Part shown: one piece after another, positions 1 to 12,342 of the stretch
Layout: each line of letters begins with the position of its first letter
Numbering within the stretch: position 1 is the stretch's first letter
Source: Camelus ferus
Lineage: Eukaryota
Direction: 5' to 3'
DNA: 64,000 nt
Assembly (NCBI RefSeq): GCF_009834535.1
Contig: NC_045697.1
Location: forward strand, 12,836,001 to 12,900,000
Notes under the pieces: model-generated
Databases searched by the model: none
What the model was told of the DNA's origin: nothing
The model's input: only the letters and a program-made list of their open reading frames with translations
Made by a program: the position numbers and the translations under genes

Positions 1-102
1 TACGTACATGTGGAGAAAAGGACTTAGTACGCACACTAAGAACACAGGGATGTGTAAGAGTAATCAGGACAACGAGGATATCCCATTCCAGACAGGAATG
101 GA

Positions 103-620
103 TGATGGATGGTTTCTAAAGATCTCCTCCGGCTTCATGAACCTCGCCTCACGTATCCCTGTCCTTGTGGGGTCCCCAACACTTGAATCCGGACTAGCCC
201 TTTGATTCACTCTTGGTCAGTAAACTGTTGCTGTGTGATTTCTGAGGCTAGAGCTTAAGAAAACCTTACAACTGCCATCTAGGCCTCTTAGGGCTCTTGC
301 TTTTAGGATGATCTCTCTTGGAACCCATCTCAGAAGTGTACCTATTTGAGGCCCCCATGCTGTGAGAAGCCTGGGCCATGTGGAGAGTCGCAGAGGATGA
401 GAAATCAGAGAGTCCATGAAGCCTCATGCCAAGGCACCAGGCATGTGCATGAAGAAATGGTCTGAGAAGTGTATCTTCTAGCCCCAGCTACTTTAGCTGA
501 AGCCACTTGGAGCAAGGCTGTTTCTAAAATTCATTATCTTAAAACTATGAGCAAAATAAAGGATTGCTTTAAGCCACCAAGTTTTAGAGTAATTTCTTAT
601 ACAGCAGTTATTAACTAGAA
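103..620 (+). mobile_element. MaLR solo LTR, MLT1F/G/H-like
   Basis: MLT1-type segments 'cttgaatccggactagccc' and 'ccatgctgtgagaagcc..gccatgtggagag', with a typical 3' end 'aagccaccaagttttagagtaatttcttatacagcagttattaactagaa'. Confidence 0.75.
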
Positions 621-844
621 TGGAGGGTAATGTACAGAACGCAGAGGTATGAAAAGGTCAATTTTAACCTAGGAATAGCAAGAAGTTTAATAGCTTATTA
701 TATAGCTGGAGAAAGAATGTTAGGGGAAATATAATAGAACATTTGCAATTACAATTGTGGGGACCCTAGCCCAGTCTGAGTCTAGAGGTGAAGCTGATTT
801 CAAGCACTGAAAGGGACAATGATTCAAGTGAGGTCTTTAGGTCT

Positions 845-990
845 CCTTCCACCTCCTCCTTGTTCTTCTTTATCATCATCATCTCCTCCCCCCTCCCCTC
901 TCCCTCCCTTCCTCCTCCCTTTCCCCTCCCCCTCCCTTTCCCCTCCCTCACTCCTCCTCCTTCTCCTCCTCTCTCTCTCTCACACACACA
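845..990. repeat. Polypyrimidine low-complexity tract (CCT/CCCT) ending in (CT)n(CA)n
   Basis: Seen directly; it accounts for the Pro-rich and Gly/Arg-rich ORFs at 766-1051. Confidence 0.9.
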
Positions 991-1984
991 AACTATGTTT
1001 GTCACTCTACTAAAGTTTGTGATATTTTACCTCCAGTTTCAAGCTGAATAATCTAAGAGACTCTTATGACTCAGTAAGATTCATTTGTCCATCCCTGGAT
1101 CAAACACAGAGGCCAGTAACTGATTCGCTAAGTCAGATTAAATTTTCTGCCCAGGGGTGGAGGGTACTGTGGGTAGTGGGTAGGATCCTATCCAAGTCAA
1201 ATAATAAAGTAAGAAAGAAGCTATTTCCTCAAGGAACAGGGTGTTAGCCAATAGTTGTTTACTACAGAGAGCGTCACAGGAAGTCAGCCTATCTCAGCAG
1301 TTGTTGGTCACAGAAGGTTTTGTATTTGGAGCGCAGGTATAGCCCGGATTTTGACCAAAGAGTGTTATAAAGTCATTCCAGTTTATGATTGATTAGATGT
1401 GTTCTCTTGACTGTTTTGTTTGCATGATGATGACGATTTTCTCTGTAGGGAAAATACTGATACCTAATAGACATTTCCTTCCAACTATACAGATGGCTTT
1501 GTGTCAAGAAAACCATATTCTCCCATTTAGTTCGTTTGCTACTAATCTGTGACATATTGTTTCAAGATACTTAGTAATGGAGTTTAGGCTATAGCTATAG
1601 TATCAATTCCTTCATTCATTCATTCACTCACTAGATATTTAATAAAACAGTCCTTTCCCAGACCAGTCTAAATAGACAGAGGCTTGATAGATAAATAGAT
1701 GACAGACAGAATTGGCCTTGAGTTTCCCACTGACCAAAAGCAAGTGAGGGTGCAAAGACAGGGGGTTATACCAGTTTTGATTTTCTACAAAGGAAGATAT
1801 AAATTGAAAAATTTTTAAGCAATTAAAAATACATTTTTATATGAAGCTTCATATAGAAGACCCAAAAAGCAAAAGAGGGGTACTTAGCAATGTCTTTAAT
1901 TATATCTTTCTTACAGAAAAAAAAAAAAAACCAACAAATTTTCTGAAACAAGTAAGAGATAGCCCCTACCCTCTGGTCACTTAC

Positions 1985-2107
1985 CTAACAGTATAAGAAA
2001 GAGGTTTAATCATGAAGAATGGCAGTCTTCAGGATGTAACTGTTCTGAAGTGGTCGACTTGAGGTCGACCCCGACTTACAGCTGGGTCCCAATGGCTTTG
2101 GTTCTCC
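1985..2107 (-). other. Candidate 123-nt spliced exon (non-coding or 5'UTR/uORF)
   Basis: Minus strand: tgtgtttccatag|GGAGAACC...ACTGTTAG|gtaagtg. Non-repeat sequence with 3 retained CpGs and a stop in every frame. An internal alternative donor GCT|gtaagt lies at 2080. Confidence 0.45.
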
Positions 2108-2559
2108 CTATGGAAACACATGTGCTATGGAAATTCATCCACTCTGCTCTGGGATATGCTGGACACAACTCAATAGTGTGGGTAAATCATCAAAGCTGTT
2201 AAGATGTTCATTTAATGGCTTTGGATAAGGCTGTGGGAGCAGGAGAGAGAAAGTCTTATGGGAACACAGGATATGACCTAACTTACAATGCCTTAAAAAG
2301 GCTGACTTCTTCCCAGATGTCTTGGCCTGCCTCTTTGAATACAAAGTCAGGGAAGTGAAATAAAATGTTATTTTAAGGATTTCCCCTGCAAAGAAGAAAC
2401 TGACATTTTCTTCCATTTTAATTGGTTACTCTCTTTGACAGCTATCAGAAATATTATTCAGTGTTACTATCCTGTGTATTGTGAGGCAAGAAAAGCAAAA
2501 GGAATATGAGTCTTTCCTGACAGTAGTAAAGGAAGGCTAATTAAGATATGCATGAGGGA

Positions 2560-2820
2560 GAGTATAGGGTTGTAGTTAGGAGAACAGACTCTGAAGATGG
2601 ATTCAGTGGGCGTGAATCCTGACAGCATTCCTTACTAACTCTTTGACCTTGAATGAGTTACTTAATCTCTCTGTGCCTCAGCAGCTTCATTTGTAAAATG
2701 GGGATAATTACACATAACTCATGGAATTGCTGAAGGGACTAAAAGAATTCATATAAAGTGCTTGGAACATAACTGACACACAAGACACTAAATATATATG
2801 TTGATTGCCATTATTGTTTC
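2560..2820 (+). mobile_element. MIR SINE
   Basis: MIR core 'tgaccttgaatgagttacttaatctctctgtgcctcag...catttgtaaaatggggataat'. Confidence 0.85.
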
Positions 2821-2871
2821 CTTAGCATATCAGTAACAGCAGTGTCGTTAGATACCTTCTCTTATGATACC

Positions 2872-3008
2872 TCTACCTACCTACCTACCTACCTATTTAA
2901 TCTATCTATCCAACTATCTATCTATCTATCTGTCTGTCTATCTACCTACCTACCTACCTACCTATCTACCTATCTACCTACCTATCCATTTACCTATCCA
3001 TCTACCTA
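2872..3008. repeat. Compound (CTAC)n/(TATC)n microsatellite
   Basis: Seen directly. Confidence 0.95.
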
Positions 3009-3484
3009 AACTGTCTTTACACATAAATATATAATCTCCCTCATCTCAGGTGAGAAAATTAAGGTGCAAATAACTCTCAGCATCTCTGCCTGTGGACCTG
3101 GTTGCTATTTTAACTAAAAAAAAACAAAAAACAAACAACAAAAAGAACTGGTTCAGAATAATATCAATCAAGCTTATGCTGAGTCTGCAGTTATAGGCTA
3201 AATGTGTCATTAGATATATTAAAAAAAAATCAGTTTTTCAAATATCATCAGCAGCCACCTTGCTCACTAGTCTGTCCTTTTAAGGGGTGCACTTTTCATT
3301 TTAAAGGACTTGTACTCACGGCATTCACAAACACTCCATGTATCATTTGCCTCATTCTGTCAAGCACTGCTTTTTCATAAGGTAGGGAAAAAAGAAATCA
3401 AAATCACTTATGGAATGTTTTCAGTTTATACAAACCAAGCACCTGAAACCTCCAAGTCATGGAACACCATCTTATCGCACAATT

Positions 3485-3725
3485 GTTAACAGCACAGGCT
3501 CTGTGGTCAGACTGCCTAGGAATGAATCTGGTTAGAGACATCCTGGCTGTGTGATCTTCAGCAACTTAACTAACCTTTTGTTGTCCAGCTTCCTCATCTG
3601 AAAAATGGATTAATAATAGCTCCCACCTCATAGGGTTACTGTGAGGACTAAAAATTAACATATGAAAGGCATTTAGGAAAGCACCTGGCAAATACTAAGA
3701 ACTCAGTTAATATTTGCTATAATAT
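3485..3725 (+). mobile_element. MIR SINE
   Basis: 'gctgtgtgatcttcagcaacttaactaacc...cttcctcatctgaaaaatggattaataatagctcccacctcatagggttactgtgagg'. Confidence 0.85.
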
Positions 3726-3804
3726 TTGCTTAATTTATTTTCTATCATTGAAACTAAATAATAGATAGGCCTTTAGCCAGGGACTCTAAGATCACAGCTC
3801 CCAC

Positions 3805-4170
3805 CAGGCTGTCCTTTCTCCATCCTGCTCCTTTTTACCAGTCACACTGAATTCTTTTTAGGTCCTCCTACACGCCAACTACTTTCTAGTGTTATGATTT
3901 TAGTGTTGGTTGTTTTTATTGCCTGGAAATGTCTTCCCCTGGTCTCCTTATCCTCCAGGCCTAGGTCTCAGTTTAATGTCAACAACTCAAAGTAGAAGTC
4001 CCTGACCACCCCCCACCCCAAGCTCTCCCTCACCAGGACACTGTGATTCCTGACTTCAGTACCTGGTTTCCTTTGTAGCGTGTATCACAATGTGCAGTTA
4101 TTTCATTATTTATTGTTCTATTTCTCCTGTCTCACCACTAAATTGTTAGCTCCATGAAGACAGATTCTAT
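3805..4170 (+). mobile_element. L2 3' fragment
   Basis: L2-type 'gcctggaaatgtcttcccc...ctcagtttaatgtca...ccctgaccaccc' and 'ctaaattgttagctccatgaagacag'. Confidence 0.65.
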
Positions 4171-4849
4171 CTACCCTTTTCACTACCTTTCAGAGATGAG
4201 CTGATGAAGTCTGAGTATAAACCACATAGTAACACAGAACCTGACTATATTCCTTTTCCTTAAAGTTCACTGTCAGATTTCTGGACCTTGATATTATCTA
4301 GTTTTTAATCCAATGTCCAGAAGGTTTTATGTAATAATAGTGGCATAACTCACCTCAGGGTCTCTGATTGCATCAATTTAGATGCATAATATACAGTTTC
4401 ATAAGATCTTAGAGCTAAAAGGAATCTTTGACATGTTATAGACCAACATGACCATATTGGTGATGAGAGAGTGGGGTCTTAGAGCAGAGGAATGACTTGT
4501 CCAATGCCGTAGATAATCAATGCAAGAATTGGGAAAAAAAATGTTAAATCTGCTTTCTTCTCATGGAGTACTTTTTCCAAACCACTAGAGTGTCTTTCTA
4601 TTTTCACAGGTAATTGTCTTTTATTACTTCAAGCCAGAGTCATTTCACTGGCTTCCTAACCTGTTTACCCAACCACTACTCTCCAGAGATTAGAGAGGTT
4701 CCTACTCTTGAGAAACACACATTTGACAGAAGTACTATTCTATGTGTAAACACTATATGGTAATCACAATTACCCAGACAGCTGTCCAAGGTCAAAGGAA
4801 CAGCTCTCTTTCGAGTGCCTTCTGTGGGCTCAGTTGTCCTCTGTGAGTT

Positions 4850-5010
4850 ACGTGCATTAGCTGGTGAAATCCTCACAACTCTGTGTAGTAGGTACTATTG
4901 CATGCCCATCTCACAACTGTGGAAACTGAGGCACTGCTTGAGCTACATTGCCAAGGCTCTTCAGTAGCAGTAAACCTAGGTGGTTTCTCCAGAGAGTGCT
5001 CTCCTAGTTA
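4850..5010 (-). mobile_element. MIR SINE
   Basis: 'aatcctcacaactctgtgtagtaggtactattg...ggaaactgaggcac' is the reverse MIR core. Confidence 0.75.
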
Positions 5011-5944
5011 GAGTGCTGTCTTGTTCTACTCAAAGCAGAACAGGATGGAGCTTGGAAGAAGGAGGAGGCTGCTTAGAGGGGATTGCATTGGGCTGGGCCT
5101 TGAAGGACATGAAATCCTTGGAATTCCTGCTGGCCAATCTTTCTCCTCCAATAACCTCTGTAGGAGCTCACCCTGGCTGGAAATCTCCCTTTTCTTTTTT
5201 CTGTGCACACTCATGTATATGTCTATCAAATTAAGAGTTGCCTCCTCCTCTCTATTCTGCGTTTCACTTCCTACCTCAGATAGAATTTTAAGGTGACAGC
5301 TCAAAACATTTCTTGAGTATAAAAGATTTGCACCAGAATGTAGTTTTGACTTGGTCTGATTTATCCTGTGAGACCATATTTCTCCATTATACTTAACAAC
5401 GAACTCGTTATGACAATGGCCATTCAGTCCTCACTTTTCATGGTGGCCCCCAGGGATGGTTGGAGAGCCAAGCTAGAGCCTATGTTCCTGTGTCCAGTGT
5501 GTGTAGGGCACACATTGTCCAGTGCTGGGAGCTCCTGGGACCCTCTTACTGTTTTAGATCCCAAACACAAACCTAAGCATGAGCTCTTGCTTACCTCTGT
5601 GTGTTTCCATTCCCTTTTAGGGTTCATTGAGATGCTTATCATCACAAACTTCTTTTCTTTTTAATATCTCTTGAAATTTTGTACTTGTTGGCAATGGAGG
5701 AGGCCTGTGAAGCCAGGTTTCTCCATAAACACATTCTGCCATCTTGGCTGAAATTTACACAATTGTGATCTGCATTGTACACTGCTTTTTTTCTCAGACT
5801 TGATCTCAGTTAATTATAAAATCTGGTTAATTAGATACTACTGTTTTTGACTTACAGATGGCAAAACTAACTCAGATGTTTTATGATTAAACCTGCACAG
5901 AGGTATGAATACATGTTTTCTTACAATTATGTTTAAACTAGAAT

Positions 5945-6160
5945 GGTCAGGAGCAAGGGATAGGAATCCAGATGATGCGGGATTGCATTTAGACTCTACA
6001 GCTTATTAGCTGTGACATCATGAACATTTCTCCTCAGCACCTCAGTTTTCTCATCTGTGAATTAGAGTAAATAACTCCTATGACAAATTATTGCTTATGT
6101 GAAGTGTAGCACAGTCAGTGCTAAGCAATTTATAAATGTTTTCCAAATGATCATTATTGT
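5945..6160 (+). mobile_element. MIR SINE
   Basis: 'ttattagctgtgac...cctcagttttctcatctgtgaaattagagtaa'. Confidence 0.7.
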
Positions 6161-6653
6161 TAGCTGTTATAGTCAGCTATCTCTCCATTCATGAGTAGGT
6201 TAAATTTCCAACTCAGGCTAGAATTAAAGTATGTTAATCTGGAATGACAAATGTAAAATGCTCTTAAAATTAATATCTATTTCTTTTCATTTTCCAAAAT
6301 TTTCCATTTCATTGGCTCTCAAGTATTGAGATCATTTCTAGATCTTGGGAGATGCAGATTTGCATTGGGATTGGATTTAGGGCCATTAATGGTTATTTTA
6401 TGATTAATGGTGACATTCACCCCTTCCTTGCTTTCCCAAATGATTTTATGAAAACTGATCATATTTTGTATTACTAATAAATCTTCAATTTACCGTGTGG
6501 GGCAAATTGGAAAAGAGTGGTCTAATGTTGCATGTGTTTATGTAATTTCCTCTTGTTTCTTAATTAACAGTGCTGAACAAGCCTGCTGTATATTTCTAGT
6601 GGTCATTAATAGTACTCACTTCTGTGCTCTTGAAGGATTTCCTCTAGACCTGA

Positions 6654-6780
6654 GCAGTGCATCTTAATTTTAACATGCATGAGGAGTCACTTGGGGACCT
6701 TGTGAAATTGCAGATTCTGATTTTGTAGATTTGCAATGGAATTCTACATTTCTAATAAGTACCCAACTTTGAGTAACAAG
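6654..6780. mobile_element. MER5-like hAT-Charlie fragment
   Basis: 'gagtcacttggggaccttgtgaaattgcagattctgatt...ttctacatttctaataag...actttgagtaacaag'. Confidence 0.65.
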
Positions 6781-7197
6781 ACTCTGAGAATTTCCTAAAC
6801 TAAGAGCTTTTGAAATATATGTTTCTCGGGCCCTACTCTCAGTGATTCTGAAACAATAAGAATGAAATCAGATGTCTATATATTTCAATACTTATATAGG
6901 TAATTCTGATAATATATGTTTTGTTTTTGTAACTGCCAAAATATATTCTAGTTGTGAATGTTTTGATTAATTGGGGTCCAATCTATCTTTGAAGTCTATC
7001 CTGTGACTTGTTTTCTGTCTATGCTGCAACCCCATCAAATTACTTACAATTTTCTGAATATGCTGTCTCTTTAGGTGCTGTTTCCTTGACTTAAAAATGT
7101 AGATTTTATTCTATTTATTGAGGAAATGACTATTTATCCTTAAAAATCTAGCTCTAGTATAACCCCCTCTAGGTAACCTTCTCTAGTACCTAGCTTA

Positions 7198-7421
7198 CTA
7201 GTTCTCAAATGTGATTTTTGTCTCCTTCTTCCCTTAGGGACAATTGACAATATCTAGAGACATTTTTGGCTGTCAAAATGGGGAGAACAGGTGGGTTGTG
7301 ACTGGTGTCTAGCAGGTAGAGCTCAGAGATGCTGCTCAATGTTCTACAATACCGAGAACAGCCCCACAAGAAATAATTATCTAGTCCAAAATGTCAGTAG
7401 TACTGAGGTTGAGAAACCCTG
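7198..7421 (+). mobile_element. MER20 (hAT-Charlie) inserted in an L2 fragment
   Basis: 'gggacaattgacaatatctagagacatttttggctgtc...gatgctgct...ccaaaatgtcagtagtactgaggttgagaaaccctg'; L2-like flanks at ~7050-7195 and 7425-7580. Confidence 0.85.
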
Positions 7422-8759
7422 CACTAGGCTGTTGGGCATCTCTCTTTTATATTCCTCTTGATTGTTCTATACTATTACTTATTACATTGAGTCTTTATTG
7501 TCTGTTTTTCTGTTTTCCCAGTAGTCTGTTATGTTCTTGGACAAGGGATTTTTCCCTTTCATCTCTATTTCCTCACAACCAGTGGACTTGTGTGCATGTA
7601 TGTATTAACATATATATTAATTACACAAATATTGAATATAATAGATGAGTAAATATCTCCTTGACTATATAACTGAACTTAAAAATAAACTCATATGCAG
7701 TGTTTTGTGGTGAGCAGATGGGCTAACCCAAGATCTAGATAGATTCATGGACTTTCACGGGGGGTGAGATATTACTCCAGTCTGAAAAGCATAATATCGA
7801 GTCATCAATCACCAACTGTAGGGTCAACCTCCAGAGGAAAAAAAAAATCCTACATTTATTGCTTGCCAATTGGGAGGAATACAATTGACTGAAACCAGCT
7901 GGTTTTGGACCATCTCAAAGGCTGTGATCCATTTAATCAGTTTGGAATGCATCCATGGCTTTGAAGGTGGATCAGGAAGGATGGCAAGCATGGACAAAAT
8001 CAGCAAAGACCAGCGATCTCCTCATTTAAAATGTTTGATGTAGGAGACACAATGATTAAACAAGAAAAACTATGTAAGTAGGGTCAGGGGTAAGGGTAGG
8101 AAGATGGGTCATTCTTTATGATTTTGAAAACTGACAAAATGTGTTTAGTTTGGAAAGATCTGAAAAACCTCACATAACTCAGCCTGTACTCCATTTCATC
8201 AACAGTGTGGGGAAATAATGAAATCTGCAGTTCCTGCTTTCTATCTGTCATCCAAGTCATTCCAGGGACAGTAATCCTGGGTAGTGTCTTTCAGTTGGAG
8301 CCATTTCCCTGGAGAGATGGAATTATTAATAGGACATTGCAAGCTACTATACTTTTTCGTACCTGTTTTTGATTTTCTTTCTTTCTAATGCAATTTCACT
8401 GATCTCTTGGAAACAAGACAAACAAGGGATGTTCTTCATTGCTCACGCTTTCCAGTTTTGTGCTCCCCAGATTAAAATGCTGTACCATGTGCAAAATTCA
8501 GGGCTAGAAGATTGGAAATAATCTCTTACATTTTTTATTTGTATGTGATACTCCTGAAGATCAAATATTACATTTGCTTTATTTTATCCTCACCTTTACC
8601 AAACGGATTCACTTGCCTTTCTCTATTTTCAAAACTGGCAATTCTTCTATAATTTTCACTTCAAGCATCTTTTTTTCTTCTTATGCCTCTAGTTTATTCC
8701 TGTTAATACCCAAGTTTAATATTTCTTGAAGCCCACTAAGAATTAAAATCGACTGATAC

Positions 8760-10415
8760 TTTACTGCCACTTTTCCCCTCATGACCTCACTTAATCAGTA
8801 CTGATTCCAAGGTCCATCACTCATCCCTTTTATCCCCTCTCAGCCCCTCTACCATTCTTTCCCTGTATTATATTTGCCTGGCTGAACACACACCCTGGTT
8901 AATTCCAGCTCTCTTTTTCTTATATCCATGTACCTGAACAGCTGAAGTTGTCTGCAGAGAATTTTCCTTCTCATTCCCACCCCCAAGTACACACACCCAT
9001 GTTTGCTAGTCTCCCTTCAAATTTATGACTATAACCTTGTGACTCAACACTGCTTCAAAATCCAGCTCAACTCTCTAAACCAGAGGTTGGCAAATATTTT
9101 CTGTAAAGGGCCAAATAGAAAGTATTTTAAGCTTTGGGGGCCATACGGTTTCTGTCACAATTTGGCCATCATAGCGGGAAAGCAGCCACAGACAGTACAT
9201 AAATGAATGGGCATGGCTGTCTTCCAACTAAAGTATTTACAAAAACAAACAGTGGTCTGGATTTGGCTATAGTTTGATGACCTTGTTCCAGACCGTTCAA
9301 TCTCCTACTATCTTAGATGACTATTTTATGTCTTCTCTCTTCCTCACACTTTCTACAGTTACTCCCTACCCCATGCCAATTCTTTGCTCTTAGCCTTGCT
9401 CTGTTTGATTAAAACATAAAAGAAAGCAGAAAGGGAGAATCACATCTTCAGTGGATGTGAGTTCATTTACTCTGCATTCCCTCCTATCACTAGGGATGAA
9501 ATATCCACATTTCTCTTTGAAGCCAGCCCCACTCCTTCTGCACTGGATCCCATCTTGTCTCCTGTACTTAAGGGAAAGTTCCAGCAATCCTCTCCTCTCT
9601 TTCCTGTACTGTTAATTTTCCCCTCTTTGCTGGATTATTCATATCAGCATATAAATGTGCTGTAATACTTGCCATCTTAAAAGAGAAAGAAGGAAAGAAA
9701 GGAAGGGGGGAAGGAAGGAAGGAAGAAGAAATAAAAAAATAAAAGCCTATTCTTGACCTCATATTCCTCTTCAGCTACAGCTCCATTTCTCTGCTCCCTT
9801 TACAGCAAACCTCAGAGTTATTTATACTCATTACCCCTCTTTTCCTCTCCTTCTGCCCTTTCTTGAATCCACTCCCATCAGATTTTATCCCCACCATTCC
9901 ACTACAGCAACTCATTAGAATTGACGTACCCCAGGAACTTTAACATTGTCAACTCCAACAATCATTTTAGTCCATGTCTTAGCAACATTTAAGACAATTG
10001 ATAATAGTGTCCTCTTGGTCATATGGCCTTCATGTGGCTCCTAGGATCCATTCTCTCTTATTGCCTCCTGTATCTCTGTCTGCTTCTTCTCTGGCTCATA
10101 ATTTCATGGTCTGCAGGTAAAAATTCACCTTTTCAGAGAACTTCTTTGACCACCCTGTGAAAAATTGCAACCCCCCCCCCCACAGTGTTCCCTATCCTCA
10201 TTTTCTACTTTATTTCCCCCATAGCACTTGGCACCATAAAACTCATTATATATATTTACATGTTTGGGTTTATTGTCTTTGATAGTGTCCCATCACTAGA
10301 ACGTAACCTCCACATAGGGATATTACTCTGTTCAAGGTTGTTTTCCTAATACACAGACGACTTCTGGCATGTAGTAGACAATCAGTAAAAAGTTGCTGAA
10401 TTAAGTAGATGAATC
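8760..10415 (+). mobile_element. L2 (L2a-like), interrupted by MER58A
   Basis: Pyrimidine-rich L2 body ('cactggatcccatc', 'ttgctggattattcatatcagcatataaatgtgctg', 'ccccaccattccactacagcaactc') and a 3' end 'gttgctgaattaagtagatgaat'. Confidence 0.8.
9081..9285 (+). mobile_element. MER58A (hAT-Charlie)
   Basis: 'cagaggttggcaaatattttctgtaaagggccaaatag...tagtttgatgaccttg' with a degenerate 8-bp TSD, ctctaaac (9073-9080) / ttccagac (9286-9293). Confidence 0.88.
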
Positions 10416-10879
10416 TTTTAAAGTCTTTCTGCACACACAATCATGTGAGATGCTCTAAGTCTCCTATAGAGTATGTTATCCCCTTTTTATTCCTGCAAAG
10501 AAGCTTAATGTTCAAAGTGGCTAAGTGATCACATCTTAAGTGAGAAGCAAGTGCCCAAAGAAAGATACATTTCACCACATTTTTTTGAGAGATGGCCATC
10601 CAACTGCTGTTTAACACCTCAAGTATGACAGCCTGGCAGAAGCCTACCCCATTCCACTGCTGAGGAGCTCCATCTGTTAGAAGGTTCCAGGTTAGTGTTC
10701 TTTCCTTATTCCCCAGCTTGACCTGATCAAGAATTCTATATTTCTGCCACAATCATTCAAACCCACCTTCAGAATACATACCTGAATTTTCACAAGGTAT
10801 TTCTGCTGCCTTTATTTACCTTGACTACAGTATAAACTGTTTCTTTTATTTAGTCTATTTTTTACTTTTTTTTGTCCAT

Positions 10880-11085
10880 TTGTTTTTTTTTAAATTTTTT
10901 AAAAATTAAAGTACAGTCAGTTTACAATGTTGTGTTAATTTCTGGTGTACAGCACAATAGTTCAGTCATACATATATATACATATATTCATTCTGATATT
11001 CTTTTTCATTATAGGTTACTATAAGATATTGAATATAGCTCCCTATGCTATACCGTATAGACTTGCTATTCATCTATTTTAATAT
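10880..11085 (-). mobile_element. 5'-truncated young L1 3' end (cetartiodactyl-type)
   Basis: Poly-T then 'aaagtacagtcagtttacaatgttgtgttaatttctggtgtacagc...'; the reverse complement closely matches 52720-52900 and 53152-53388 in this window. Confidence 0.9.
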
Positions 11086-11420
11086 CTAACAGATGTTACC
11101 ATCTTGTTGTAACATTCACCACTTTCCTCAAGTTGTTAATTGTTTTCTGTGTTCCCAGGTCACTGTGTGATCCACATCACAGTGTTCAGCACTGCATTTT
11201 CTGTCAGCCTAATGGCAGGGGCATGTCTTACTTATCTTATCTCCTTTCAAGTCCGTAACAAATTAAAAATTAACTTCTATAGAATTAAGCATTATATTTG
11301 GCATTTTACTTAAATGATTTTATTTAATCTTCACAATGCTATGAGGTAAATACAAGTCATACCCATTTTATGGATAAAGAGAATGAGGATATAATAACAT
11401 CCCCATGGAAACTAAAGCAT

Positions 11421-12342
11421 CTATATTTTATTAAGTTTTGAAGCTTTATTGAGGAATAGTTGACAAATTTAACTGTATATAAAGTGTACAACATGATTTG
11501 ATATACATATACATTGTAGAATGATTACAACAGCAAGATAGTTAACAAAGCCATCGCCTCACATAATTGGCATAGTTAACTTTTTATTTTTTGTGGTGAG
11601 AATGCTTAAGATCTACTCTTAGCAACTTTCAAGCCTGTAATATTGTATTATTAACTATAGTCACCAAGTTGTACGTCAGATCCTTGGAACTTAAGATTGA
11701 AAGCTTGTACCTTTTGCCTTACATCACCCCAGGCCCTGGTAACCACCATTCTATTGTTTCTATGGATACCATACCATATTTGTCTGTCTTTGGCTTATTT
11801 TACTTAGCATAATGCCTTCTAGATTTGTCCATGTTGTCACAAATGGCAGGATTTCCTTTTTTTAAAGATTGGATAATATTCCATTTTGTGTGTGTGTGTA
11901 TCAGAATAGACATTTTTCTAAAGAAGCTATACAAATGGCCAATAGGTATATGAAAAAGTGCTCAACATCAGTAATATTCAGGGAAATGCAAATTGAAACC
12001 GTGAGATATCACTTCATACCTGTTAGAATGACTATCATCAAAAATATAAAAGATAACAACAGTTGGCAAAGATGTAGAGAAAGGGGAACCCTCTTCATTG
12101 TCAATGGGAATGCAAACTGGTAGAGCCATCATGGAAAACAGTATGGCGGTTTCTCAAAAAATCAAGAATAGAGCTACTGTATGATCCAGCAATCCCACTT
12201 CTGAGCATATATCACAAGGAAATGAAATCAGTGTCCTGAAGAGATAGCTACACACCCATCTTCATTACAGCATTACTCACAGTAGACGGTATGGAAACAA
12301 CCTAAATGTCCTTTAGTAGATACATAGATATGGAAAATGCGG
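11421..12342 (-). mobile_element. L1MA-type element with 5' inversion, inserted in a MIR
   Basis: 11421-11900 is an L1 3'UTR on the minus strand. 11901-12342 is the end of L1 ORF2 on the plus strand ([22 protein letters not shown]). MIR halves lie at ~11290-11400 and ~12360-12425. Confidence 0.85.

Noticed and set aside
766..1051. Pro-rich and Gly/Arg-rich ORFs
   Set aside because: They are translations of the CCT/CCCT low-complexity tract
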